Origin: Pyrobaculum aerophilum str. IM2
GTDB taxonomy: Archaea > Thermoproteota > Thermoprotei > Thermoproteales > Thermoproteaceae
Assembly (NCBI RefSeq): GCF_000007225.1
Contig: NC_003364.1
Location: 1,290,001-1,322,000, forward strand
DNA length: 32,000 bases
Direction: 5' to 3'
Positions 1 through 8,281 of this stretch are shown here, in pieces; position 1 is the stretch's first letter; each line of letters starts with the position of its first letter. The translations under genes and the position numbers were made by a program. The notes beneath the pieces were generated by a model. It made no database searches. It was not told where the DNA came from and saw only the letters and a list, made by a program, of their open reading frames with translations.

Positions 1-19
1 CATAGAGTAACTCAAGCAA

Positions 20-1216
20 TTACCTAGCCCCTCTGCCGAGTTTTTTATGCGCAGAGGCAAGCTCATTTCTAGCCAGGGCTATTAGTAAGTTCAACTCCCC
101 AGCCAATACGGCCGCTGCGATTATTTCTGCGAATTTCAAAGCGTTAACGCCGGGGGGATTGCCGGAGCCGGCCACGCCCAACAGCTCCAACGCCTCGCGC
201 TGTGTGGGTAGCCCAGTGCCGCCGCCGACCGTGCCGACTTCTAAACTCGGCAAGAACACAGATATGTACAGCCCATCCTCCCGCGCCTCCGTGGAGGTAA
301 TGCCCATGCTCGACTCAACTACCTGGGCCACGTCTTGGCCTGTGGCGATGAATATTGCGGCGATTATGTTTGCAAAATGGGCGTTGAATCCGTAGGAGTG
401 GGCCAGCGCAGAGCCTATTAGGTTTTTCCTAACATTTACGTTATGAACATCCTCGGGGGTAATGCCTAGTCTTTCCAGTATCTCTTTCTTAATTACTGCC
501 TCAGCCACTACAGTCTTGCCCCTCCCTAATATGAAGTTAACAGCATTGGCCTTTTTGTCTACGCACATGTTGCCGCTAAGCGCAATTAGCTTGGCCTTAG
601 GGAAGTTCTCTTGAATAAACTTGGCAACGGCCTCTGAGGCAATAGTGACCATGTTCATCCCCATTGCATCTCCCGTGGAGAAGACCAGCCTAAGCCATAC
701 GTAATTTCCGACGATAAAATGCTGTATATCCTTAAGCTTTCCAAAACGCGTTGTAGATTCTGCTACTTTTTTCAACTCTTCGAAATGACCCGTGACCCAC
801 TCCACTAACTCCACGGCGTCGATAAGCGATGGGACTCTAAAAAGGGGGGCCCGCGCCATGCCGTCTTTTAACACCTTAACCCTCGCGCCCCCAGACTCCG
901 TGACGAATTTAGCGCCTCTATTAACAGAGGCCACAAGCGCGCCCTCTGTTGTGGCCAAAGGCACGTAGAAGTAACCGTTGGCGTAATCCCCCCTCACTAA
1001 GAGGGGGCCGGCCACTCCCACGGGGATCTGCACCGCCCCTATGACGTTTTCAATATTTCTCCCCACTACTGTGTTCAAGTCAATTATAGTCCTTCCTATA
1101 TTTTCCAGCTTGACGCCTGTCACTTTTTCTAAATACTGCCGTCTAGCCTCTGCGGCCTTATTCGCATCGCCATATACTTTTTCAAACTCGTGTAGTTTTA
1201 CTTCCATTAGAAACAT
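20..1216 (-). CDS. hmgA: 3-hydroxy-3-methylglutaryl-CoA reductase (class I, archaeal)
   Basis: 398-aa ORF. Family motifs seen by eye: [42 protein letters not shown] and C-terminal LASAHKKL. A second in-frame ATG at 1207 lies about 25 nt from a TATA-like box in the 1217-1244 spacer, so the leaderless start may be 1207. Confidence 0.95.
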   Translation of the reverse strand: MFLMEVKLHEFEKVYGDANKAAEARRQYLEKVTGVKLENIGRTIIDLNTVVGRNIENVIGAVQIPVGVAGPLLVRGDYANGYFYVPLATTEGALVASVNRGAKFVTESGGARVKVLKDGMARAPLFRVPSLIDAVELVEWVTGHFEELKKVAESTTRFGKLKDIQHFIVGNYVWLRLVFSTGDAMGMNMVTIASEAVAKFIQENFPKAKLIALSGNMCVDKKANAVNFILGRGKTVVAEAVIKKEILERLGITPEDVHNVNVRKNLIGSALAHSYGFNAHFANIIAAIFIATGQDVAQVVESSMGITSTEAREDGLYISVFLPSLEVGTVGGGTGLPTQREALELLGVAGSGNPPGVNALKFAEIIAAAVLAGELNLLIALARNELASAHKKLGRGAR

Positions 1217-1244
1217 TTTAATAAGTTGGCTTTATAACTCTTCG
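1217..1244. promoter_or_regulatory. Divergent promoter spacer (two TATA-like boxes) between hmgA and the thiolase-like gene
   Basis: 28-nt AT-rich spacer ttttaataagttggctttataactcttcg. attttaataag is centred about 26 nt upstream of ATG 1245. ttataaag (minus strand) is centred about 25 nt upstream of ATG 1207. This is consistent with leaderless transcripts. Confidence 0.5.
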
Positions 1245-2351
1245 ATGAAAGACGTATACATAGTAGGCGGAGCCCTTTATCCAGCCGGCAGGCATTACGA
1301 TAAAAACCTCGACGACATGGCCGCTATAGTTTTAGATAAAGCTCTTACAGACGCAAAGACAGATATCGATGCGGTTTTCGTTGCATCTTCAACTACAGAG
1401 TTGGCGAATAAACAACAAATACTAGGGGCCTATATACTGGAGTCTCTTGGCATTGACAAAGTGCCAGTTTTCAGAGTGGAAAACGGCGATGGTTCTGGCA
1501 GCGCCGCCATAGCCCTGGCTTATTACGCGTTGAGATCAGAGGAGTACAACTGCGTTGCCGTTGTTGGCGTGGATAAGCCCAACGACGTTCTCAGCAATCA
1601 GCAACAAGATATTTACGCGACTACACTAGATACATACTTTGAGAGGTATTTCGGCTTCACGCCGCTATCCCTTGCCGCGTTAATGGCAAAGACGTACTTA
1701 AAAAAATATGAATACAAGTATGAGGATCTCGCCAGATGGGCCGTCCTAATGCATGCGCACGGGGCGAGCAACCCATACGCTTATTTTAAACGCCCGATAA
1801 AACTTGAAGACGCATTAAACAGCGAATTAGTCAGCGAACCGCTTCGCTTATATGACGTAGGTCCCTTAGCCGACGGCGCCGCGGCAGCTGTGTTGTGCAA
1901 CAACAGGCGAGAAGGTCCCAAGATATATTCAACTGCAACGGCGACAAATACCACTAGTTTTAACTCCAGAGGCGAGTACGACGTCTTATACAGCCTTCAA
2001 GAGGCGGCTAGACAGGCGTTGAACAAAGCCGGGATTACTCCAAGAGATATAGCCACCGCAGAAGTTCACGACTCCTTCTCTATATTTGGAGTCCTCGCCT
2101 TAGAAGGGCTTGGCATTGTGAAGAGGGGGGGCGCGTTGGCGGCCTTGAGAGAGGGAGATCTGCCTGTTAATCTCAGCGGCGGCTTTAAATCAAGAGGCAA
2201 TATGCTCGGGGCCACTGGCGTCTACCAGTTGGTAGAAGTGGCTTGGCAGTTATTGGGAAAGGAGTTTAAACGAGTAGACGGCAACTACGGAGTAATCCAC
2301 AGCATGGGAGGCGTGGATAGAATTTCGACAGTAGTTGTATTAGGTTTATGA
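1245..2351 (+). CDS. Thiolase-fold protein (acetyl-CoA acetyltransferase family, SCP2-type) with substituted catalytic residues
   Basis: The track ORF 1041..2351 overlaps hmgA. The plausible start is ATG 1245 (MKDVYIVGG...), giving 368 aa. Thiolase-like blocks: RVENGDGSGSAAIALAY, SEPLRLYDVGPLADGAAAAVL, EVHDSFSIFGVLALEGLG, VNLSGGFKSRGNMLGATG. It occupies the operon position upstream of DUF35 and HMGCS. See the finding on D82/S277/N319. Confidence 0.85.
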   Translation: MKDVYIVGGALYPAGRHYDKNLDDMAAIVLDKALTDAKTDIDAVFVASSTTELANKQQILGAYILESLGIDKVPVFRVENGDGSGSAAIALAYYALRSEEYNCVAVVGVDKPNDVLSNQQQDIYATTLDTYFERYFGFTPLSLAALMAKTYLKKYEYKYEDLARWAVLMHAHGASNPYAYFKRPIKLEDALNSELVSEPLRLYDVGPLADGAAAAVLCNNRREGPKIYSTATATNTTSFNSRGEYDVLYSLQEAARQALNKAGITPRDIATAEVHDSFSIFGVLALEGLGIVKRGGALAALREGDLPVNLSGGFKSRGNMLGATGVYQLVEVAWQLLGKEFKRVDGNYGVIHSMGGVDRISTVVVLGL

Positions 2352-2384
2352 CAAAATATAAAAATGAGGTGAAAACGTAAAAAC

Positions 2385-2786
2385 ATGAAACACGAGTCCG
2401 TGCCTATATACTGGCGGAATATTCCACAGTACTACCGCCTGGTGGCCAAGAGATGTAAAAAGTGCGGCGCCGTTTACTACCCGCCTGTGGTGAGGTGTAG
2501 ATGCGGCTCAAGAGAGCTAGAAGATGTGGAGCTTCCCAAAGAGGGGAGGCTATTAGAATACACAGTGCTTCACCAAGTCGGCAGTGATTTTTTAAAACAG
2601 AAACCGTTGATCTTGGGATTAGTGGAGCTGGCAAATGGGATCAGAGTCGCGGGACAGATAGTCGATGTTCAGCCAGACAAACTCGCCCCCGGGGTGAAGG
2701 TGGAAGTGGTATTTAGAAGAGTAGTGGTAGATGGAAAACACGGCCTCGTCATGTACGGCTACAAGTTCAGGCCCGTGGGGTTATGA
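2385..2786 (+). CDS. DUF35 zinc-ribbon/OB-fold protein (scaffold subunit of the archaeal thiolase/HMG-CoA synthase complex)
   Basis: 133 aa. Four-Cys ribbon [19 protein letters not shown] followed by an OB-like C-terminal half ([20 protein letters not shown]). The stop overlaps the HMGCS start (ATGA, 2783-2786). Confidence 0.85.
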   Translation: MKHESVPIYWRNIPQYYRLVAKRCKKCGAVYYPPVVRCRCGSRELEDVELPKEGRLLEYTVLHQVGSDFLKQKPLILGLVELANGIRVAGQIVDVQPDKLAPGVKVEVVFRRVVVDGKHGLVMYGYKFRPVGL

Positions 2787-3835
2787 GCAAAGTCGGCATT
2801 GTTAGCTGGGGCGCCTACATACCGAAATATCGCATTAGGACTGAAGAAGTCGCAAGGATTTGGGGCGATGACCCGCTCCGCATAGTTGACGTATATCTCG
2901 TTGACGAGAAAAGCGTAGAGAGCCTAGATGAAGACGCCGTGACGATCGCGGTGGAGGCGGCTAGAAGGGCACTAAAGAGAGCTGGGATAAATCCGAAGCG
3001 CATAGGAGCTGTGTACGTCGGCACTGAGTCAAAGCCCTACGCCGTTAAGCCCATTTCCTCTATATTAGTAGACGCACTGGGGCTGAGCAATAACGTTTTT
3101 GCCGTAGATATGGAGTTTGCCTGCAAGGCAGGCAGCGAAGGCCTCGTGGCAGCCATTGGGCTAGTGGAGTCCGGGCGAATAGAATACGGCATGACTGTCG
3201 GCACGGACACCTCGCAAGGCGAGCCCGGGGAACACTTGGAGTATTCAGCCAGCAGCGGGGGGGCGTCTTTAATTGTCGGCAGAGACGGCGTCGTGGCAGA
3301 ACTTGAGGCCGTGTATTCTTACGTGTCAGACACTCCCGACTTCTGGAGGAGGGAGGGATCGCCGTATCCCATGCACGGCGAAGGCTTCACCGGCGAGCCT
3401 GCCTATTTCAGGCATATAATCGGCGCAGCTAGGGGATTAATGGAAAGATACGGCTACAAGCCGTCTGACTTCGCCTATGTAGTATTTCACCAACCTAACG
3501 GCAGGTTCCCAGTCCGCGCCGCCTCTATGTTAAACATACCCATGGAAAAGGTAAAGCCAGGCATAGTGGTAACGCACATAGGCAATACCTACAACGCCTC
3601 AGCGCTGATGGGCTTCGCCAAAGTATTAGATATTGCAAAACCCGGCGACAAAATACTCCTAGTGCCTTTTGGCAGCGGCGCTGGCTCAAACGCGTTCGTC
3701 TTCACAGTCACAGAACTAATAACTGAGAGGCAGAAATCGGGCGTGCCTACGGTAGAAGATATGTTACGCGATAAAATATATATTGATTACGCGCAATATT
3801 TAAAAATGAGGAAGATGATTAAATTATTCGAATAA
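2783..3835 (+). CDS. Hydroxymethylglutaryl-CoA synthase (archaeal type)
   Basis: 350 aa. Catalytic-triad contexts are present: VGTESKPY (Glu), [11 protein letters not shown] (Cys), [11 protein letters not shown] (His). C-terminal block [11 protein letters not shown]. Translationally coupled to DUF35. Confidence 0.9.
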   Translation: MSKVGIVSWGAYIPKYRIRTEEVARIWGDDPLRIVDVYLVDEKSVESLDEDAVTIAVEAARRALKRAGINPKRIGAVYVGTESKPYAVKPISSILVDALGLSNNVFAVDMEFACKAGSEGLVAAIGLVESGRIEYGMTVGTDTSQGEPGEHLEYSASSGGASLIVGRDGVVAELEAVYSYVSDTPDFWRREGSPYPMHGEGFTGEPAYFRHIIGAARGLMERYGYKPSDFAYVVFHQPNGRFPVRAASMLNIPMEKVKPGIVVTHIGNTYNASALMGFAKVLDIAKPGDKILLVPFGSGAGSNAFVFTVTELITERQKSGVPTVEDMLRDKIYIDYAQYLKMRKMIKLFE

Positions 3836-3904
3836 TATAGGTGGCTACTATTGAAACATTACACATATAATATCTCAGTTGAACAACAGTGAAAAAAAAA
3901 TACT

Positions 3905-4144
3905 TTGTCTAATTACTACATGCCCAGAAGGCAGACTGACAAAGTTTTTGAGCGAAAAGAGCAGATTATTGAATATCTGAAAACCTATGGCGAGTTGACC
4001 ACTAGCAAATTAATACAACTCACAGGGCTTAGCCACTCCCAGATATTCTATATCCTCAAGCTACTTGAAAAAGAAAATATTGTCAAAGAAGTTAAGAGAG
4101 GCAAAATAGCATATTGGAGGCTTGTAGAGACTAAGGAGGTTTAA
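3905..4144 (+). CDS. Small winged-helix DNA-binding protein (ArsR/MarR-like), function unknown
   Basis: 79 aa from TTG 3905, or 74 aa from ATG 3920. wHTH-like pattern EQIIEYLKTYGELTTSKLIQLTGLSHSQIFYILKLLEKENIVKEVKRGKIAYWRL. Confidence 0.6.
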   Translation: MSNYYMPRRQTDKVFERKEQIIEYLKTYGELTTSKLIQLTGLSHSQIFYILKLLEKENIVKEVKRGKIAYWRLVETKEV

Positions 4145-4171
4145 TTTATAACCTAAAGCTGAGAACGTACA

Positions 4172-4780
4172 GTGCTGTCTGAACTTTACAAGTCAGGCAA
4201 AATAAGAAAAGAGGCGCTGGGGGTTTTAGCCAACACTATAATATGTATAAAGACTGGTTGCTTGGCATCAGGGCCTGAGGCCGTGTTTGGCAATACTGTA
4301 ATACAGCTGGCCGAAACCATAACTCTAGCGCCACAGAGGCGCGCAGCACAGAAGGAGGCGAAACAGACAAAACCCGCCACAACGCGCAAACAGACACAAC
4401 TCACTCAATCAAAACAGACACAAAAACAAGAGGCAACGCAACAGCCAGCGCGTGTTGAGAAACCGGCGCAACAACAAGTAACTCAAAAAGAAGAGGATCG
4501 CACGAGTTATGACATGCTAGTCGCCTTGCTCGCCAACGAGGCTAAAGTCGACAAAACAAAAGCAGAGGCGGTGTTTGAAGCCATAACTAACTACTTAGCG
4601 GTATACCCCAGCACAGGCGTAATACGCCTTATAGAAGATGTGTCACGCATATCTAAAGCGGAGCCAAGAGTCGTAAGAACTGCATTGGAAATACTGAGAT
4701 CTGCCGATGTGGTAGAACTAAGAGAAGAGGGAGTCGTGAATTTAAAGAAATTAGTCAAGAGGGGGGGAATACCCCTTTAA
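4172..4780 (+). CDS. Hypothetical bipartite protein with a K/Q/T-rich low-complexity linker
   Basis: 202 aa from GTG 4172, about 22 nt after TATA-like aatttataacc. Layout: N-terminal ~55-aa domain, a linker of roughly aa 55-110 (KQTKPATTRKQTQLTQSKQTQKQEATQQPARVEKPAQQQVTQKEE), and a C-terminal ~85-aa helical or winged-helix-like domain (VVRTALEILRSADVVELREEGVVNL). Confidence 0.55.
   Translation: MLSELYKSGKIRKEALGVLANTIICIKTGCLASGPEAVFGNTVIQLAETITLAPQRRAAQKEAKQTKPATTRKQTQLTQSKQTQKQEATQQPARVEKPAQQQVTQKEEDRTSYDMLVALLANEAKVDKTKAEAVFEAITNYLAVYPSTGVIRLIEDVSRISKAEPRVVRTALEILRSADVVELREEGVVNLKKLVKRGGIPL
4361..4420 (+). repeat. Three in-frame copies of AAACAGACA (each encoding K-Q-T) at 24-27 nt spacing
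   Basis: aaacagaca occurs at 4361-4369, 4388-4396 and 4412-4420, inside the low-complexity linker of the 4172..4780 ORF. Confidence 0.7.
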
Positions 4781-4949
4781 CTCTTAACAATCCCGATGGG
4801 GCGTCGTATACTAGAGGCGTCGCCCACCTTCTCTGTCACGAAAGAACTAACCGCCCCACCCCACAAAATGTCCTCCTAAGAGCTCGTTAGTAATACTAAA
4901 ACTCTTCTAGATAGCGTGAAAGCTTTTAATAACGGACTATGTTGAGAGC

Positions 4950-5282
4950 ATGGGCGGAAAGAAAAAGCCAACTCTAAGCCAGCTGGCAAAAAAGGCTGAG
5001 AAGGAAAAGGCTCAACAGGCGCAGAAGGCTAAAAAGGAAGTGAAGAAGGAGGAAACGCCGGCGAAGAGGACTATACAAGTTCTTGATGAAAAAGTGTTTC
5101 AAGCTATTGCAAAAGAGGTACAGAATATGAGAGTTATCACGCCTTATGAAATTGCCTCTAAATACGGCATAAAGATGTCAGTGGCGTTTAAAGTCTTGAG
5201 GAATTTAAAGGAGAGAGGCGACTTAGTGCTAGTAGCAAAGGGCCATAGGACGGAGATTTACGTGCCCGCCAAGAGGAGCTAA
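4950..5282 (+). CDS. rps25e: 30S ribosomal protein S25e
   Basis: 110 aa. Lys-rich N-terminus followed by a winged-helix core VITPYEIASKYGIKMSVAFKVLRNLKERGDLVLV. TATA-like aagcttttaataacgg lies about 25 nt upstream. Confidence 0.9.
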   Translation: MGGKKKPTLSQLAKKAEKEKAQQAQKAKKEVKKEETPAKRTIQVLDEKVFQAIAKEVQNMRVITPYEIASKYGIKMSVAFKVLRNLKERGDLVLVAKGHRTEIYVPAKRS

Positions 5283-5437
5283 AGGGTATTTTTATTGCCC
5301 GTCTGAAATAATTTAAGTTGGTCTCGGCTTCTGTCTCATTGCCAGTCTTTTTTTAACGTCTCTGCCAACGCCGTTGCAGATCCTAAGCCCTCTGTAAGGC
5401 TAGCATTACACTTATAAACCGGCGAGTTGATAGGGCC

Positions 5438-6328
5438 ATGTTCTGCATCTCGTTGCAAGAATGCATAGAGAATATAAAGCCAAGGCAAATATTAGTGGCC
5501 TCAAGCCCTTTGGGGGGTTTGGGCGTCTTGGCCCTCGCCCAGTCCGTCAAACTAACTGTGGCTACTTCAGGCCCCGTTTTTAACAAAATCGCAGTTCTCG
5601 AGGCAATTGACAACTACGGCGCCGAGGTGAGATATGTGCCCAAGCTCCACACGGCGATATACAAGCTCATAGGAGATAGGGAATGTTGGGTAGCGGGCCC
5701 CCCACTAATTAAGTCAGTAGTCGCCGGCAACTCCACCTCCTTCGCCGTATATACATGCGCTAAAATAGAGGGGTTTGAAAAACTCCTCACTAGCGGCAAG
5801 CCAATAGAGGCGCTCAGCTCAAAGGTGTTAGGCGGCGGGAGAGACGGGCGGGATTTTGACGTAGTAGTCCAGCTCAGAGCTCTCCAAATTAAGGGAGACG
5901 ATGAGGAGGACATTGCAGATAGAATTATAAGAAGCGGCGCGGTTGGCGTCGACGACCTTGACGTAGTTTCCCAATTGTTGTGGCGCATTGCAGTTAAGTG
6001 GAGGAATAGATCTGCAGTAATCTATAGAGATCTAAATGTGGGTTTGGGCATAACAATACCAATGCTTTACTATTCAGTGAAAGTTATAGCGTCGGGCAAG
6101 GACTGCCCAGAGGGAAAGTGCGTTAAAACCACGACAAAATTAATTGAGCGGGCGCTGAGGTTGGCCCCCCCGGCTAAAATACACGAGGCATGGCAAACAG
6201 CGTTGAGAGAGCCGCAAATGAGGAGGCGCATAGAAGAAAGCCCGTATTTACCCGCAGTACTCCTCCTAACGGGGAAAGTGGACGTGAAATACGAGGGAGG
6301 CAGAGTTTATACGCTTAGATCTACCTAG
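5438..6328 (+). CDS. Hypothetical protein; N-terminal half resembles a degenerate PLD-like (HKD) fold
   Basis: 296 aa. ATG is 22 nt after TATA-like cttataaa (5412-5419). The segment ILVASSPLGG...GAEVRYVPKLHTAIYKLIGDRECWVAGPPLIKSVVAGNSTSF resembles the PLD pattern LHaKiyl..d...a.vGSaNlt.....N.E. The HxK Lys and the GSxN motif are not conserved. The fold assignment is inference only. Confidence 0.5.
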   Translation: MFCISLQECIENIKPRQILVASSPLGGLGVLALAQSVKLTVATSGPVFNKIAVLEAIDNYGAEVRYVPKLHTAIYKLIGDRECWVAGPPLIKSVVAGNSTSFAVYTCAKIEGFEKLLTSGKPIEALSSKVLGGGRDGRDFDVVVQLRALQIKGDDEEDIADRIIRSGAVGVDDLDVVSQLLWRIAVKWRNRSAVIYRDLNVGLGITIPMLYYSVKVIASGKDCPEGKCVKTTTKLIERALRLAPPAKIHEAWQTALREPQMRRRIEESPYLPAVLLLTGKVDVKYEGGRVYTLRST

Positions 6329-7442
6329 TGATTTCCCGCCACGTGAGGCCTAGAGAATCTGCATATCTATAGGCCTCTTCCATCTCCTCTTCTGAAACTC
6401 TTCTCTTAATCTCCCTATAGCGATTCAGCTTCTCGACAAGATATTCGGGCCGGTATTGATCCATAATGTTCACAAGGGCATGGTTGCAATTCTCGGCGAG
6501 CCATCTCAGCACAGGTTTTGTGCAACACTCCACGTGGCCAGGCAACACTAAGTGGCGCACAATTATGTCTTCGCGCCTCTTGCAAATCACTGAGAAATTC
6601 CTGGTGGTGACCTCCCAACAGCGGGGAGCCACCGAATACCTCAAGGCGTGGGCGTCGTTTCCATATTTAAAATCGGGAAGCCATATATCTATTACGTGGA
6701 GAATAAGCGCGAGGCCCTCGGGGGTTAAATACATATTCGAATTCCACAACTGCGGCACATTAACCCCCCTTCTCGCAAGTATTCTAAGGGATTCAAGTAT
6801 ATACGGTATATTAGGCGTAGGCTCTCCGCCGACCCAGTTGATGTTACGAGCTCCCTCTTCTCTCAGCTTGGCTTGAATTGCCGCCAGGGCTTCAGCGGTT
6901 ACCTCAATGCCCGATTCTGAAAATTGCGAAATGTCCCAGTTCTGACAATAGACGCATCGGAAGTTGCAACCGGAGAAGAACACAGTGCCGCTGGGAACCA
7001 AAGGCGCCTCTTCGCCGAGGTGGTGGAAGAAACTAGCCACTCGCGGCTTGGCGTCTAGAAGACACGCTCCTTTTTTAGAGTATCTATCAACCCCGCACCT
7101 CCTCTCGCAGAGCATACAGCGTTTAAGTTGCCTCTTGGCGAGCTCTATCTTCACGTCGAGAAAAGAAGCCTTGGGGAGCTCTCGCCTCGTGAGGGATATA
7201 TCAGGGCGCTCCTTTTGGCGGCGCCACTCCTCGTCAAACGCGCGTCCAAGCTCGTCGTGCAACTTCCACAAACTGGAGTCGTCCATAGAGGCGTAGTCAT
7301 GAGGCGCCTCCACTCTAGCCGCTATGTGGAACTTAGCCGGCGCGGTATCTCGCATCACGGAGTAATACCATCTAAGCCGCTCTCTCACTACGGGTTCTTG
7401 CCAAATCGCCACGGCGTCAGGCCTGTAGATAATCCACGACAC
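6321..7442 (-). CDS. Radical SAM enzyme, PflX / AmmeMemoRadiSam-type (pyruvate formate-lyase activase-like)
   Basis: 373 aa. Radical SAM triad CNFRCVYCQNWDIS. Upstream Cys cluster CMLCERRCGVDRYSKKGAC, typical of this subfamily. About 108 aa of N-terminal extension. The 3' end overlaps the convergent 5438..6328 ORF by 8 nt. Confidence 0.85.
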   Translation of the reverse strand: MSWIIYRPDAVAIWQEPVVRERLRWYYSVMRDTAPAKFHIAARVEAPHDYASMDDSSLWKLHDELGRAFDEEWRRQKERPDISLTRRELPKASFLDVKIELAKRQLKRCMLCERRCGVDRYSKKGACLLDAKPRVASFFHHLGEEAPLVPSGTVFFSGCNFRCVYCQNWDISQFSESGIEVTAEALAAIQAKLREEGARNINWVGGEPTPNIPYILESLRILARRGVNVPQLWNSNMYLTPEGLALILHVIDIWLPDFKYGNDAHALRYSVAPRCWEVTTRNFSVICKRREDIIVRHLVLPGHVECCTKPVLRWLAENCNHALVNIMDQYRPEYLVEKLNRYREIKRRVSEEEMEEAYRYADSLGLTWREITR

Positions 7443-7498
7443 GAGAACACTGAGTAGTTAATTAAAAAAATTACAGCGCACGGCTTATTAAATAGAAG
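7443..7498. promoter_or_regulatory. Divergent promoter region (radical SAM gene / bud32)
   Basis: AT-rich blocks gttaattaaaaaaattac (7458-7475) and cttattaaata (7484-7494) lie between two divergent starts. Confidence 0.4.
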
Positions 7499-8146
7499 TT
7501 GACAAGAGTCGTGGAGTTGATAGCTAAGGGCGCCGAGGCCGAAATTTATCTAGTAGACTGGTTCGGGCTGAAGGCGGTGTTAAAGTGGAGAAAGCCAAAG
7601 ATGTATAGAGATCCAAACTTGGACTACCACATCAGGCGGAGGAGGACTATAAATGAAGTGAGAAATATGTACATAGCTTATAGTCTCGGGCTAAGAGTTC
7701 CCGACGTGTATTTTTTTGATCCCGGAGAGGCCAAAATACTAATGGAGTACGTCGAGGGAAAAAATCTGCGCGATTTGCTAAATGAGGGAAATTACAGTTA
7801 CTTACGAGAAGTAGGCGTATATGTAGGCAGAATGCACAAGGCCGGGCTAATACACGGCGATTTAGCCCCCACTAATATAATTCTGACAGGGGGGCAACTC
7901 TGTTTTATAGACTTCGGTTTGGGCGAGCAGAGAATGGGGTGGACGAGGAAAACCGCCGTATTACTAGCCAGAGATATCAACGTCTTGTTCAGAACTCTTG
8001 ATCTATACGGCGAAAAGGCAGAGGAGCTCAAGGCGTTATTCTGGAGCGGCTACAGAGAGGAAGTAGGAGGAAGAGCTGCGGCAGTGGAGAGAGAATTGTT
8101 ACGGATAAGGGCCTCGGGGCGCTATGTCGAGCGCAAGACGGAATAA
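7499..8146 (+). CDS. bud32: KEOPS complex kinase/ATPase Bud32 (stand-alone, not fused to Kae1)
   Basis: 215 aa from TTG 7499 (GTG 7511 is an alternative start). Motifs: LIAKGAEAEIY, AVLKWRKPKMYRDPNLDYHIRRRRTINEVRNM, LIHGDLAPTNIIL, FIDFGLG. Confidence 0.85.
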   Translation: MTRVVELIAKGAEAEIYLVDWFGLKAVLKWRKPKMYRDPNLDYHIRRRRTINEVRNMYIAYSLGLRVPDVYFFDPGEAKILMEYVEGKNLRDLLNEGNYSYLREVGVYVGRMHKAGLIHGDLAPTNIILTGGQLCFIDFGLGEQRMGWTRKTAVLLARDINVLFRTLDLYGEKAEELKALFWSGYREEVGGRAAAVERELLRIRASGRYVERKTE

Positions 8147-8179
8147 CAGCGGATAACTAGTGAAGAAACTCGGCGAAGG

Positions 8180-8281
8180 TGGCGGGCCCGGTGGGATTCG
8201 AACCCACGACCTACGGCTTAGGAGGCTCGGCGGACCGAGGCTGGGTCCACCGCCGCTCTATCCTGACTGAGCTACGGGCCC
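8180..8281 (-). tRNA. tRNA-Arg (anticodon CCU) with a 24-nt intron at a non-canonical position in the anticodon stem; CCA encoded
   Basis: The reverse complement reads GGGCCCG-TA-GCTC-AGTCAGGATA-GAGC-G-GCGG[tggacccagcctcggtccgccgag]C-CTCCTAA-GCCGT-AGGTC-GTGGG-TTCGAAT-CCCAC-CGGGCCC-G-CCA. All four stems pair once 8226-8249 is removed. The loop CUCCUAA has U33 and A37. The junction is ambiguous by 1 nt (29/30 or 30/31). Confidence 0.85.

Noticed and set aside
8180-8281. The tRNA gene as an attachment site for an integrated element, which would explain the adjacent ORF-free DNA.
   Set aside because: I found no second copy of any tRNA 3' or 5' segment elsewhere in the window, and no integrase gene.
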